Of a stretch of DNA of 64,000 bases, positions 55,010-63,634 are shown piece after piece. The position numbers and the translations under genes are program-made. Source of the DNA: a virus. The notes under the pieces are model-generated. The model made no database searches and was not told the DNA's origin. It saw only the letters and a list, made by a program, of their open reading frames with translations. How positions within the stretch are numbered: the stretch's first letter is position 1; each line of letters opens with the position of its first letter. The stretch is from positions 18,287-82,286 of IMG/VR virus record IMGVR_UViG_3300020020_000026; one strand, 5' to 3'.

Positions 55010-55218
55010 CGCGCGTAAGGATACCCGCATACACAGACAGATTCATGATGGGCGACGCCTACGGCGAGATCGTCAAAGTGACCAAGCGCAAGGAGCGCTA
55101 CGTCGGCGTACCGTCGTCACGTTCACGAACGGACGCATACGAGATTGCCCACGTCAAACTGGACAAATCCGGCAAGACGATGAAGTTCATCCTGGACGAC
55201 TGCACGGAGGTTGATTAG
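55006..55218 (+). CDS. Hypothetical small protein
   Basis: GAGGAG RBS. Confidence 0.65.
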   Translation: MTRVRIPAYTDRFMMGDAYGEIVKVTKRKERYVGVPSSRSRTDAYEIAHVKLDKSGKTMKFILDDCTEVD

Positions 55219-55238
55219 ACGGGCATAAAGCCCTATAT
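55210..55238 (+). promoter_or_regulatory. Promoter of the HTH gene (near-leaderless)
   Basis: GTTGAT-N17-CTATAT; ATG 12 nt after the -10, no Shine-Dalgarno. Confidence 0.65.
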
Positions 55239-55249
55239 CAATCAATACC

Positions 55250-55519
55250 ATGGACCATAAAAAGTATCGTAAGGCGCTCGCCCAGCTCGACCTCACTCAG
55301 GCCGCCGCTGGCGAGATGTTCGGCGTAGGTGCCCGCACCTCCAGGCGCTGGGCTTCAGGTGATGCCAAGGTGCCGCCAACGGTGGCGATGCTCCTGGAGC
55401 TGATGATCTCCAAGCGCGTCAAACTGGAATTGAATATTCCGGTGAGCGCGGAGCGTCCGCAGGCAGAGCGACGGGTCTGGACCTTCCAGGCGAAACAGGC
55501 GGTCCATGCGATGGAATGA
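55250..55519 (+). CDS. XRE-family HTH regulator (repressor candidate)
   Basis: LDLTQAAAGEMFGVGARTSRRWASG. Confidence 0.8.
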   Translation: MDHKKYRKALAQLDLTQAAAGEMFGVGARTSRRWASGDAKVPPTVAMLLELMISKRVKLELNIPVSAERPQAERRVWTFQAKQAVHAME

Positions 55520-55746
55520 CCATGGCCGAAAAACCCGAAGTCCGTTACGGAAATTACGACGACCTGGCGTCACGTTTCGCGCCGAATGAGGCTTGGGTTC
55601 TGAACGCCAAGCGTACCAAGTGGGCGGAGACGAACGCCATCAGGCACGCGCACGTTGTCCACGAACTTTCTAAGGAAGCCTTCGAGGCCGAATTCCCTGA
55701 CGCCCCGCCGCTGCCACCGGAAGCCTTCAAAGAATCGCGCGGTTAG
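55516..55746 (+). CDS. Hypothetical small protein
   Basis: ATGA overlap; converges on the RelA/SpoT-like gene. Confidence 0.6.
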   Translation: MTMAEKPEVRYGNYDDLASRFAPNEAWVLNAKRTKWAETNAIRHAHVVHELSKEAFEAEFPDAPPLPPEAFKESRG

Positions 55747-56750
55747 CTGCGCTTCCACCGGCCGTCGATCACCTTCCAGTCGTCATCCAGGTTGTCGAGA
55801 ATCTCACCGTACAGCGCCTGCATCTTGGCATTATAGCTTGGAATATCCGGGTGTCCCTTCGGCAAGCTGCGCGAGTCTTCGTACAGCTTGTGGCCGCCGC
55901 GATTGTCCTTGGCGTCCAGCAAATCCGGGTGCGTAAGTTGCAGCTCGCCAATCAGCCCCGTCTCGCGGTCGCGGAATAACAGTGGCCGGTCGGTGTAGTG
56001 CGAATCCGGGATGGTGCGCCAGCCCTCGTCAATGATCTCATGGGTCTTGGCCAGCTCGTTCATCACCTTCTCGGCGTCGTCCGGATGGTTCAGCACGAAC
56101 GTCCCGCGCGCGGTGTCGGTGATGCGGGCTATCGATACCGGCCCGCCCGCCTCCTTCTCTTTCTCCGCCAGCTTCTCCAGGATGCGCGCGACGCCCTTCG
56201 GGTTCTCCACGACCTCGCCGGTCTTCTCGTCTATTTTTTGCGTCTTGGCTGTCGGGTTCTTGAACGTGACGCCCAGGTTTCCGGCGATCTTGTTTCCGGC
56301 TTCGGCAAAATTTGCCTGCGCTATTGGTGCGGTCCGCTGCACGTCCTCGATGGTCTTGATGGGCGATTCATTGACCCACTTGGCGCGGACCTTGCTGAAG
56401 CCATCGCTGCGCGCCTTGATGCCTGCCTTGTAGCCTGGGACCGCTGACGGCTTCTTGTCTCCGCTATCTTTGTCGTCGTCGGTTGGGCCATCGGACCAAT
56501 TGCCGTGCGTGCTTTGGTCGTGATCCCCGTGCTTCCCCAGCAACGCCATCGCGCGGCGCTTCTCGCTGGCGAACTGGCTCTTCAGCCGATCCTGCGGAGC
56601 CTTGACGCCAAACCTGATCTCGCCGTCATCGAAGATAATCTTGATCATTGTCGCTTCGTCGCGATCAACCGGCTCCAGCTCGTCGTTAATGTAGGCGATG
56701 GTCGCCTTGCGGCCGTCGATTGTCTCGTAGGTGATCATCGAACCTCCCAC
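55743..56750 (-). CDS. RelA/SpoT-like nucleotidyltransferase effector
   Basis: K...RILEK, ITDTARGTFV, HY.D, ELQL, GHKLYE; tag KHGDHDQSTHGNW. Confidence 0.72.
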   Translation of the reverse strand: MGGSMITYETIDGRKATIAYINDELEPVDRDEATMIKIIFDDGEIRFGVKAPQDRLKSQFASEKRRAMALLGKHGDHDQSTHGNWSDGPTDDDKDSGDKKPSAVPGYKAGIKARSDGFSKVRAKWVNESPIKTIEDVQRTAPIAQANFAEAGNKIAGNLGVTFKNPTAKTQKIDEKTGEVVENPKGVARILEKLAEKEKEAGGPVSIARITDTARGTFVLNHPDDAEKVMNELAKTHEIIDEGWRTIPDSHYTDRPLLFRDRETGLIGELQLTHPDLLDAKDNRGGHKLYEDSRSLPKGHPDIPSYNAKMQALYGEILDNLDDDWKVIDGRWKRS

Positions 56751-58744
56751 CGCACGCCGTCGAGAATGAAGATCGACTTGACCGGCGCGGCCAGGTTGGT
56801 GTCGCGCAGCACCTTGTCAGTTTCGGCCCAGACCTTTTCCTGGAGAGCAAACAGCCTGCGCCATCCTGCTCCGGTGTTCGCAGAGTTCTTGCCCATCTTT
56901 GCGTTCATGTAGGCGATCTCGGCCATGGTCTCATGATAGGCCAGGTTGGTATCGACGTTGCCCTTTTTCCATTCGGACCAGTAGGCCTTGCTGTAGTTGG
57001 TGATGCCGTCGTCATCTTCGAGCGACGGCATCATGTTTTGGATTTGCTGCCACTCTTCGTAGAGCGGGTACTTCGTATCGTAGGGCGGACGCAAGGTGCC
57101 GTCAGGTTTCATGACCGCAGCACTGCCGCCCCGCTTGCCCCAGTAGTACGGATGATTCGGGTCGGGCGGCGGACCGGGGTCGGCCATCACTTGCTCGGTC
57201 TCGGCCCGGTAGGTCTCCTGCAGCAACTGGAATTTACGGTGGCCGATTTCGTGAGCGGTGATGCCGCGCACGTTATCGACGTTGATCTGCTTCGTGTAGA
57301 GCGTGACGCCAGGCGAACCGAATGTGTAGCTGCCCGCGTATTTGTACGTCGCACCCGCCAACTTGAATTCCTTGTCCTCGTCGCTGTACTCGATCAGCTC
57401 CGGGTTGAAGTCGAGCTTGGTCGCGGTGGCTGATGCCAACGGCCTAACCAGCGCGCTCTCCATCGCATCGGCGGTTTGCTCGTCGGTGTAGCCGGTCGTT
57501 GACGGTACGTTACCGTCAACGTCGTCACTGCCGCCGCCATCGGTCCAACGCCCGTGTTCGTCGCGCGGGTGTTCGGCTTCGTTGTAGGCCCGGCCGCGTC
57601 GCGGCAGATCGCTGCCCTCTTCGTCCGTAGGCCGGTCGGGGCCAGGATCGTCAGCGCCCTCGGGGTGCGCCTCCTCCCATTCGGCCCTCCACATATTCAG
57701 GCAGGCGGCGACGGCGACGATCTGGTCCTTGCCCATGTCCATCAGGCGCGGAACGCATTCGTCCATGAACTCGCTGTGCGCTGAGCTGCGCTCCGACAAA
57801 AGCAAATCGCCCCGCCTTCGATAGGCGTCCAACCCCGCAAGCCTGACCTGGGGCCGCTTGATCTCTCCGCCCTCCAGGGTGGAGCCGACAGCGCCAACGC
57901 CCAGCGCCCGCTTCTTGCGGTCCTCCTCGACCCCCAGCTTGCCCTTACCCTCGGTGAAGCTTTCGGCTTCTTCAAGCAGCTTGGTAATCGGGATATCGAT
58001 TCGATAGATCGACATCTTCTTGCTGTCGGCAAGCACGTTGTTGGCGGCATCGACGCCGATTTCGGCGGCCCAGCGATGGTGGCCGTCGAGAATGTAATCG
58101 TCTTTCGAGACGAAGATCGGATTGCTGTTGTAACCGGCCGGGCTCTGTAACTTTCTGGCGATGGCAGCGACCTTGGCTCCGTTCAGCTCGTTCTGCGTTG
58201 CGCGCAAGTGCGAAGCGTACTGCTCCTCCTGCACGGCACCGTAGCCCTTCGCCTTGAGATATTCGAAAAACTGAGCGTCCTGCTCCTTGGCCAACTGCGG
58301 CATCTGCACGCGCGGGATGCCCTTGGTGTCGGCGCAAAACAGGGAGGTGGCCTTGATGGTCACCAGGCATAAATTATAGTTCGGGGCCTTCTCGCCCTTT
58401 GCGATCATGCCCTTCGAGATTTCGCCCAGCTTGTTGATCAGGACCGAAACGCCGCGTGGCTGGTCCAGCTCAACCTTGCGCCCTTCGTGCAGCGCCCGGA
58501 CTGCGTCGTAAACGTCACTGGTGTGAATCACGCCATCCTTGACGTAAGCCTGGTCCGAATAGCCGCCACCTGGGTGAGAAGCCCCATCACCGCCGTCGCT
58601 CCCGCCGCCACCGTCCGTCCATTGACCATGCTCGTCGCGCGGCTGGCTCGGGTCGAAGCGCTTGTCTTTCAGGAGCCCATCGAGAATGACGATGTCGCCG
58701 TCTTCCCAATCGTAGCGTCCTTTGTCGGGTGCCTTGTCGGTCAC
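56735..58744 (-). CDS. Polyvalent protein: ParB/Srx-like domain plus HExxH metallopeptidase-like domain
   Basis: LRATQ...PIFVS.D.YILDGHHRWAA; AHEIGH...HETMAE; two PRDEHG.WT tags. Confidence 0.75.
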   Translation of the reverse strand: MTDKAPDKGRYDWEDGDIVILDGLLKDKRFDPSQPRDEHGQWTDGGGGSDGGDGASHPGGGYSDQAYVKDGVIHTSDVYDAVRALHEGRKVELDQPRGVSVLINKLGEISKGMIAKGEKAPNYNLCLVTIKATSLFCADTKGIPRVQMPQLAKEQDAQFFEYLKAKGYGAVQEEQYASHLRATQNELNGAKVAAIARKLQSPAGYNSNPIFVSKDDYILDGHHRWAAEIGVDAANNVLADSKKMSIYRIDIPITKLLEEAESFTEGKGKLGVEEDRKKRALGVGAVGSTLEGGEIKRPQVRLAGLDAYRRRGDLLLSERSSAHSEFMDECVPRLMDMGKDQIVAVAACLNMWRAEWEEAHPEGADDPGPDRPTDEEGSDLPRRGRAYNEAEHPRDEHGRWTDGGGSDDVDGNVPSTTGYTDEQTADAMESALVRPLASATATKLDFNPELIEYSDEDKEFKLAGATYKYAGSYTFGSPGVTLYTKQINVDNVRGITAHEIGHRKFQLLQETYRAETEQVMADPGPPPDPNHPYYWGKRGGSAAVMKPDGTLRPPYDTKYPLYEEWQQIQNMMPSLEDDDGITNYSKAYWSEWKKGNVDTNLAYHETMAEIAYMNAKMGKNSANTGAGWRRLFALQEKVWAETDKVLRDTNLAAPVKSIFILDGVRWEVR

Positions 58745-59427
58745 GGCACGATCTCGACTTCGAACCGCCGGTAGCCAGACGCCGTTTTGCGCATGCTGAG
58801 AACCTTGAACCTGGTCCCCTTGTCGATCAGGATTTCAGCTTCGTGTGCGTGTTCGCGATCCACGATGGGCAGAACATTATGCCCCTTCGGCAGCTTGATC
58901 TTGATGGTGTTCTTGCTGAACGTCTCGGCAATCTTCTGCGACATCGAAGTACTGACAAAGGCCCGGTCCTCGAAAACAATCGGATCGTCGCCCGGCTCCT
59001 TGTCGCGCCACAGGTCGGAGAGCTGCTTCGACAACGTGTTGCCAACACCTCGATAGACCGTCGCGTCTTCCGTCAGGCGATGCTTGGCGATGGCGCTGCT
59101 CAGTCGCTTGGCGTGTTCGCCTGGTGGTTTGCCAGCGCGCAGACTGTTGTTGATTTTGCTGAAACCATCGGGGCCTTGATAGAATATAATCGATTTCTGC
59201 TCGTCCGGAGTCAGTAGCTTGCTGTCCTTGCCGGGATCGACCGGACTGCTTGGGCTGGCATTGCCGGTAGCCTCGTCTCCGCCGCCACCGCCCGCACCGA
59301 ATTGCCCGCCATCAGGCCCGCCTGCGGGTACGCGCGGGTGCTTGCCTTCGTCCCACTCCTTCAGAAACCGCTGCGCGCGTATCTTGGCGATGCGCCATTG
59401 CTCGCGGGCGTCGTCCGTCTCCAGCAT
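58741..59427 (-). CDS. ADP-ribosyltransferase (VIP2/Alt-like, R-S-ExE)
   Basis: INNSLR, VYRG, FVSTS, HEAEILI; tag WDEGKHPR..G...GGQF. Confidence 0.88.
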   Translation of the reverse strand: MLETDDAREQWRIAKIRAQRFLKEWDEGKHPRVPAGGPDGGQFGAGGGGGDEATGNASPSSPVDPGKDSKLLTPDEQKSIIFYQGPDGFSKINNSLRAGKPPGEHAKRLSSAIAKHRLTEDATVYRGVGNTLSKQLSDLWRDKEPGDDPIVFEDRAFVSTSMSQKIAETFSKNTIKIKLPKGHNVLPIVDREHAHEAEILIDKGTRFKVLSMRKTASGYRRFEVEIVP

Positions 59428-59783
59428 CAGGCAAGCGCGAGCTTCGAAGTGCCGATCATGTAGAACCGGCGCTCCGCCTCCTGCGGCACCGGATTCTTGC
59501 GCGTTCCAGAGCGCAGGCGAATGTAGGCCGCCATCAATAAGATGTACGGATCGACCGCTATCGCCACGCCTGGCGTCACGTTGAAGATGAACTCTTCGCC
59601 CTTGCCGTCGAACAGGTCGAGATAGTTGTCGCCCTGCGCCGAAATCAGCACCGACACCACCGCAGGGGTCCAGTCGGCCGGGCAGATCAAACCAACGATG
59701 TAGTCGGTTCCGATGGCCAGCACGTCCGATTCCGATGCGCCTGCATCAAAGGTCGGACCACTGTGAACATTGAGGATGGCCAT
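59427..59783 (-). CDS. Small beta-rich structural protein (paralog B)
   Basis: CPADWTPA.....S..G....DL.D..G.E. Confidence 0.7.
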   Translation of the reverse strand: MAILNVHSGPTFDAGASESDVLAIGTDYIVGLICPADWTPAVVSVLISAQGDNYLDLFDGKGEEFIFNVTPGVAIAVDPYILLMAAYIRLRSGTRKNPVPQEAERRFYMIGTSKLALA

Positions 59784-59785
59784 GG

Positions 59786-60139
59786 CTATGCTTCCAGCTT
59801 TTCGATAGCGACCGCGAACAACCGGCCATCTTTCTGCGGCACCGGATACTTGGCGGACCCCGATCTGAACTTGATGAAATTGATGTGCTTGGCCCACGGA
59901 TCGCGGATCATGATCGCGGAATTATCGCCGCGCACCATAACGGTAACCTCATTGCCCTCGGCATCGTACAGATCGTTGAAGCCGCTCTGGCCGTCCGTAC
60001 TGATCTGAAACGTCAGGTTGGCCGGGGTCCAGCCACCAGGGCAAGTGATCCGCACAATGTCGCCGCCCGAAATGTCGAGCGGCTCGGACAAGGACTTGCC
60101 GGGCTGAAACAGCGGGCCATCGAGGATTTGCAGCGTCAT
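59786..60139 (-). CDS. Small beta-rich structural protein (paralog A)
   Basis: CPGGWTPANLTFQISTDG...NDLYD..G.E, KFRSG. Confidence 0.75.
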   Translation of the reverse strand: MTLQILDGPLFQPGKSLSEPLDISGGDIVRITCPGGWTPANLTFQISTDGQSGFNDLYDAEGNEVTVMVRGDNSAIMIRDPWAKHINFIKFRSGSAKYPVPQKDGRLFAVAIEKLEA

Positions 60140-60215
60140 AGATTTCCCCTGTGATCAGTGTGGACAAGCGGGAAACCCGCTTTCCCCATACTTCGGTATA
60201 GGGCATGTTGTCCGC

Positions 60216-60677
60216 ATGAAACATTTCAGTTCTGAGCTGCGGCAGATGTTTCGCGACGACCTGTTCAAGACGGTCGGGCAAGCCCTGCGCAACGATATGC
60301 CGAAAGCGCTTCAGCACGCCATGATCGAGATGGTGGACGAGCGGGTGTTCGACTCGGTCGACCAAATGCTCGACCGCTTCTTCCACCAGGACGATATGGA
60401 TTGCTGGCTGTCGTTCACCCGCGATGGGCCTACCATCCTGATCGGCATGGGACCGGGCGATTGCGCCGCACAATTCTCACCGGAGCTGAGCATCGAAACC
60501 TACTTCGATGACAAGATCAGCTTCGCCGAAGAGAAGGCTGTCCTCGACCAGATCGCCGGGCTCAAGCCGTTCGTCGCCAAGCTGACCGAATCGCTGCGCT
60601 TGCTGGAGGCGCGGGCCAAGGTGTTCACCGGGCGGGTCCATGAACTGGCGAATTCCAAGGGTGCAGCCGGTCAGTAG
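60216..60677 (+). CDS. Hypothetical protein (lone plus-strand insert)
   Basis: 153-aa ORF filling the gap, opposite strand. Confidence 0.65.
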   Translation: MKHFSSELRQMFRDDLFKTVGQALRNDMPKALQHAMIEMVDERVFDSVDQMLDRFFHQDDMDCWLSFTRDGPTILIGMGPGDCAAQFSPELSIETYFDDKISFAEEKAVLDQIAGLKPFVAKLTESLRLLEARAKVFTGRVHELANSKGAAGQ

Positions 60678-61185
60678 GCCAGCCGCTTTCGTCGCACCCA
60701 GGCAGGATGCGGCCGATCCGGTTGGCCTCCTCGCGAAGAAACCACTGGCTGATCAGCCGCGCATACATCCGGATCAAGGGACGCCGCTCCGGATCGTTCC
60801 TGACCCGGTTGAGCAGCTCCTTCTTCGGGGCCATCAGCAGATAGACCTGGGCGTTGAGCTGTTCGCCCCACCAGTCGCGCAGCTTCTGGCCGGGCAATCC
60901 CATGATGACCCAGGCCGTGTGATCCGCCGGGTATTCCGACAGCCGCGCCAGGCGCTCGTTGCGCTCGGCCAGCAACAGCCCCGTAGCCTCTGGCGGCCGG
61001 TCGCGCCCGTAGCCGCGCCGCCTGGCGATCTCGTCCAGGTCGATCCTGGTGTCGCCCTTGCGCGCATTCAGGCGAACGTGCGTCGTCTTGCCGGATGCCG
61101 GGGGACCGCAGATCAAGTTGACCCGGCAACCCGGCTTCGGGAGCCGATCCGGCCGCAACAGGTCGCCGTAGGGACTGGCAACCAT
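60625..61185 (-). CDS. P-loop NTPase (AAA_33-like) with HNH-type C-terminal tail
   Basis: GPPASGKT, IDLD; C-terminal GCD..G.P.D..HPWN. Confidence 0.75.
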   Translation of the reverse strand: MVASPYGDLLRPDRLPKPGCRVNLICGPPASGKTTHVRLNARKGDTRIDLDEIARRRGYGRDRPPEATGLLLAERNERLARLSEYPADHTAWVIMGLPGQKLRDWWGEQLNAQVYLLMAPKKELLNRVRNDPERRPLIRMYARLISQWFLREEANRIGRILPGCDESGWPTDRLHPWNSPVHGPAR

Positions 61186-61196
61186 GTCACGCCGTG

Positions 61197-61388
61197 TCAC
61201 GCCGTGACTTCCTTGACCGCCCACATGACCGATTCCTCAAGCGAGGTCATCGCCAGCGCCCTATAGCGCCCCTCCTTGAGCCGGTCATAGAGCCCGTCCA
61301 GCTCCTCGGCCTTCAGCTTGATCGCGTCAATCAGCGCCTTCTCCTCGCTGGTCAGCGTGCGATAGACCGGGCGAAAACGGCTAGCCAT
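61197..61388 (-). CDS. Acb2/Tad1-like nucleotide-signal sponge candidate
   Basis: YR.LT.EEK.....IK...EEL...RY.ALA.T.LEE..MWAVK. Confidence 0.65.
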   Translation of the reverse strand: MASRFRPVYRTLTSEEKALIDAIKLKAEELDGLYDRLKEGRYRALAMTSLEESVMWAVKEVTA

Positions 61389-61457
61389 CTAGACCCCCCT
61401 GAACGGCGCGACGAAGCCAGCGGTGTACCCGCCAGCTTCGTCCCCGTTTCGACCTTG

Positions 61458-62042
61458 CTACTTCCTGCCGCGCTGGCCCTTCGACGGTGTCGGCACGTTC
61501 GCCGCATCGCCGGGCACCACGACGGCAAAGCTGACCCAGCCGGTGGTCGGCGTCCACATCGCCTTCCATTCGATCTGAGCCTTCGCGTCCTCCGGGGGCT
61601 CCGGGATCGGCGGCAAGGTGTTGTCGATGCCAGGCTGATCGCCGGGGAGCCCGGTGCCGGGGCGCGGATCGCTCGGACCCCAGATGTACACCGGCAACCA
61701 TCCGCCGCCGCCACCCGGCGGCAGGACGATGGGATGCGAAGGCTTCGGCTGATCGCCTGGTAGACCCTGATCAGGGCGCGGCTGCGATCCCGGCAAGCCT
61801 TGATCGGGGTACGGCTGATCGCCGGGCAGGCCTTGGTCCGGATGCACAGGCGCACCCGGCGGCAACGGGTAGTAGATCGGATGCGACGGGATCGGAAGGT
61901 CGCCGGGCAGCGTGTTGTCTATCTGCCCGCCCTGTCCGCCAGGCAGCGTGTTGTCGATGCCAGGCTGCGCTCCCGGCAAGCTCTGGTCAGGCCGTGCCCC
62001 AGTATCAATGGGGATGATCATCGCAAGAATACCCTTGGTCAT
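61458..62042 (-). CDS. Proline-rich repeat protein (PDQGLPG / IDNTLP)
   Basis: AAGGGGAG RBS before MTKGILA; 3x IDNTLP, 4x PDQxLPG. Confidence 0.75.
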   Translation of the reverse strand: MTKGILAMIIPIDTGARPDQSLPGAQPGIDNTLPGGQGGQIDNTLPGDLPIPSHPIYYPLPPGAPVHPDQGLPGDQPYPDQGLPGSQPRPDQGLPGDQPKPSHPIVLPPGGGGGWLPVYIWGPSDPRPGTGLPGDQPGIDNTLPPIPEPPEDAKAQIEWKAMWTPTTGWVSFAVVVPGDAANVPTPSKGQRGRK

Positions 62043-62071
62043 TTGGTTCTCCCTTTGCGGCTTTTGGCAGC

Positions 62072-63631
62072 TTAGGCGATAAGCGTGGAAACATCGACCG
62101 GGCGCATTTGCTGAGCCACTCCGACAGCCATGGCCAGCGCCACCATACCGTCGATCCGGCCGCTCGACTTGTTCTTGCTGAGCTTCCGGTTTGCATCGTC
62201 CTTGCCCTCGACCACCGCGCAGGCCGCGCACATCGACAGCACCGGATGGTTGCCGTGGACGATCAGCTTGTCGCGGATCAGCTCCTCCAGGGAGCGCAGC
62301 GCAGGCGACATCGAAACCGTGCCCTGGCCGAATTCCACGAACTTGTCCTCGATCACATTGACCGAAAATCCCGCGCGCTCCAGCCAGGGCTTGAGGTGCT
62401 GCATGTTCCAGCGGTCGAACGCCAGCTTGCGGATGTTGTAGCGATTGAACAAGTCGCGCAAATGCTTGGCGACGTACTCGTAGGTCACCGTCGTGCCCGG
62501 CGTCGTCTGCAGATACCCCTTGTCGCGCCACAGATCGTAAGGCACCCGGTCGGCGCGAGATTTCTCTGCAAGCCCTTCGGCGGGAAGCCAGAAAGTCGGT
62601 GCGCAATGCCACGCCTTACCGGCAGGCTGGCCGATAAGGACCAGGGCCGTGAGGTCCGCAACGCTGGACAAGTCCAGACCACCGTAGAGCGGGGTCGTAC
62701 CATTGAACGGCTGCACCGTGCCGCCGCACGACTTCCAGAGACTCGCCGTCACAAAAGGGTTGGAGGCTTCGACCCTCTGATTGAGAACCAGGTTCCGGAA
62801 CTCGGCCTCGCGCGCAGGCAGACGCTTGGCGTCCTGCGCCATCGCCAGAACCTCGGCCTTGTTCATGAACAGGTCGAGCGCCGGGTTCGCCGCCTTGATC
62901 GCCTTCTCGCTGAACGGGTCGTCGTCCATGTCGGCGCTGTTGATTCGCAGCACCACCTTGGGGTCCGCGCCCGATTTCGCGTCATCGATCAGGAGCGACA
63001 GAAGGTCGGCATCCGTAGGTGCCTGCGTCGAGATGATCAGGCTAAGTGGGGCCTCCTGAGCCGCCGTCGCAGTCTCCAGGGCCTCGTACAGCGAGAATCT
63101 CGGTCCTTTTACTTGGCCGAGTTCATCGTGGATGCAGAGGCTGGGGCTCAGACCGAAGGCCGTCGCCGTCTCGGCCGACAGCGCCTTGTAGACCGTCCCG
63201 ACTTCCGCGCAGTGCAACTCCCTGGCCGTCTCCTTGATGCGGATCACCTTCCGCAGGACCGGCGACATCAGCACCATCTTGCGCGCCAGATTGAAGATGA
63301 TCGAGGCCTGGTCCCGGCTCTGCGCCGCGCTGTAGAGCGAGCTGTTCGGGGTGTACTCGGGACCGCACAGGTGCAGGAGCGTGATCGCCGCGCACTCCGT
63401 CGTCTTCGCGTTCTTCCTGCCCCTGGTGATGATCGCCCGCCGGGTGCCGTGCGGGTTGTCGTAGATCGCCCGGAAGTCCTCCTTCATGAACTCCGCCATC
63501 TTCAGCGGCTTGCCTACGTTCTTGCCCTCCGGGAGGAACAGAAAACGCTCGCACCACTCGATGTTAATCTCGGCGCGGGTCTTCTTGCGCTTGGGCGTTT
63601 CACGTGAAACGTCTGTGGAAGTATCAAGCAC
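62072..63631 (-). CDS. terL: Terminase large subunit
   Basis: GRKNAKT, IHDELG, IISTQ, GLDLSS..DLTA, RIDGMVAL. Confidence 0.96.
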   Translation of the reverse strand: MLDTSTDVSRETPKRKKTRAEINIEWCERFLFLPEGKNVGKPLKMAEFMKEDFRAIYDNPHGTRRAIITRGRKNAKTTECAAITLLHLCGPEYTPNSSLYSAAQSRDQASIIFNLARKMVLMSPVLRKVIRIKETARELHCAEVGTVYKALSAETATAFGLSPSLCIHDELGQVKGPRFSLYEALETATAAQEAPLSLIISTQAPTDADLLSLLIDDAKSGADPKVVLRINSADMDDDPFSEKAIKAANPALDLFMNKAEVLAMAQDAKRLPAREAEFRNLVLNQRVEASNPFVTASLWKSCGGTVQPFNGTTPLYGGLDLSSVADLTALVLIGQPAGKAWHCAPTFWLPAEGLAEKSRADRVPYDLWRDKGYLQTTPGTTVTYEYVAKHLRDLFNRYNIRKLAFDRWNMQHLKPWLERAGFSVNVIEDKFVEFGQGTVSMSPALRSLEELIRDKLIVHGNHPVLSMCAACAVVEGKDDANRKLSKNKSSGRIDGMVALAMAVGVAQQMRPVDVSTLIA

Positions 63632-63634
63632 CGC

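Noticed and set aside
61458-62612. 384-aa ORF as listed
   Set aside because: The first ~190 codons overlap terL out of frame; the likely start is ATG 62042 with an RBS
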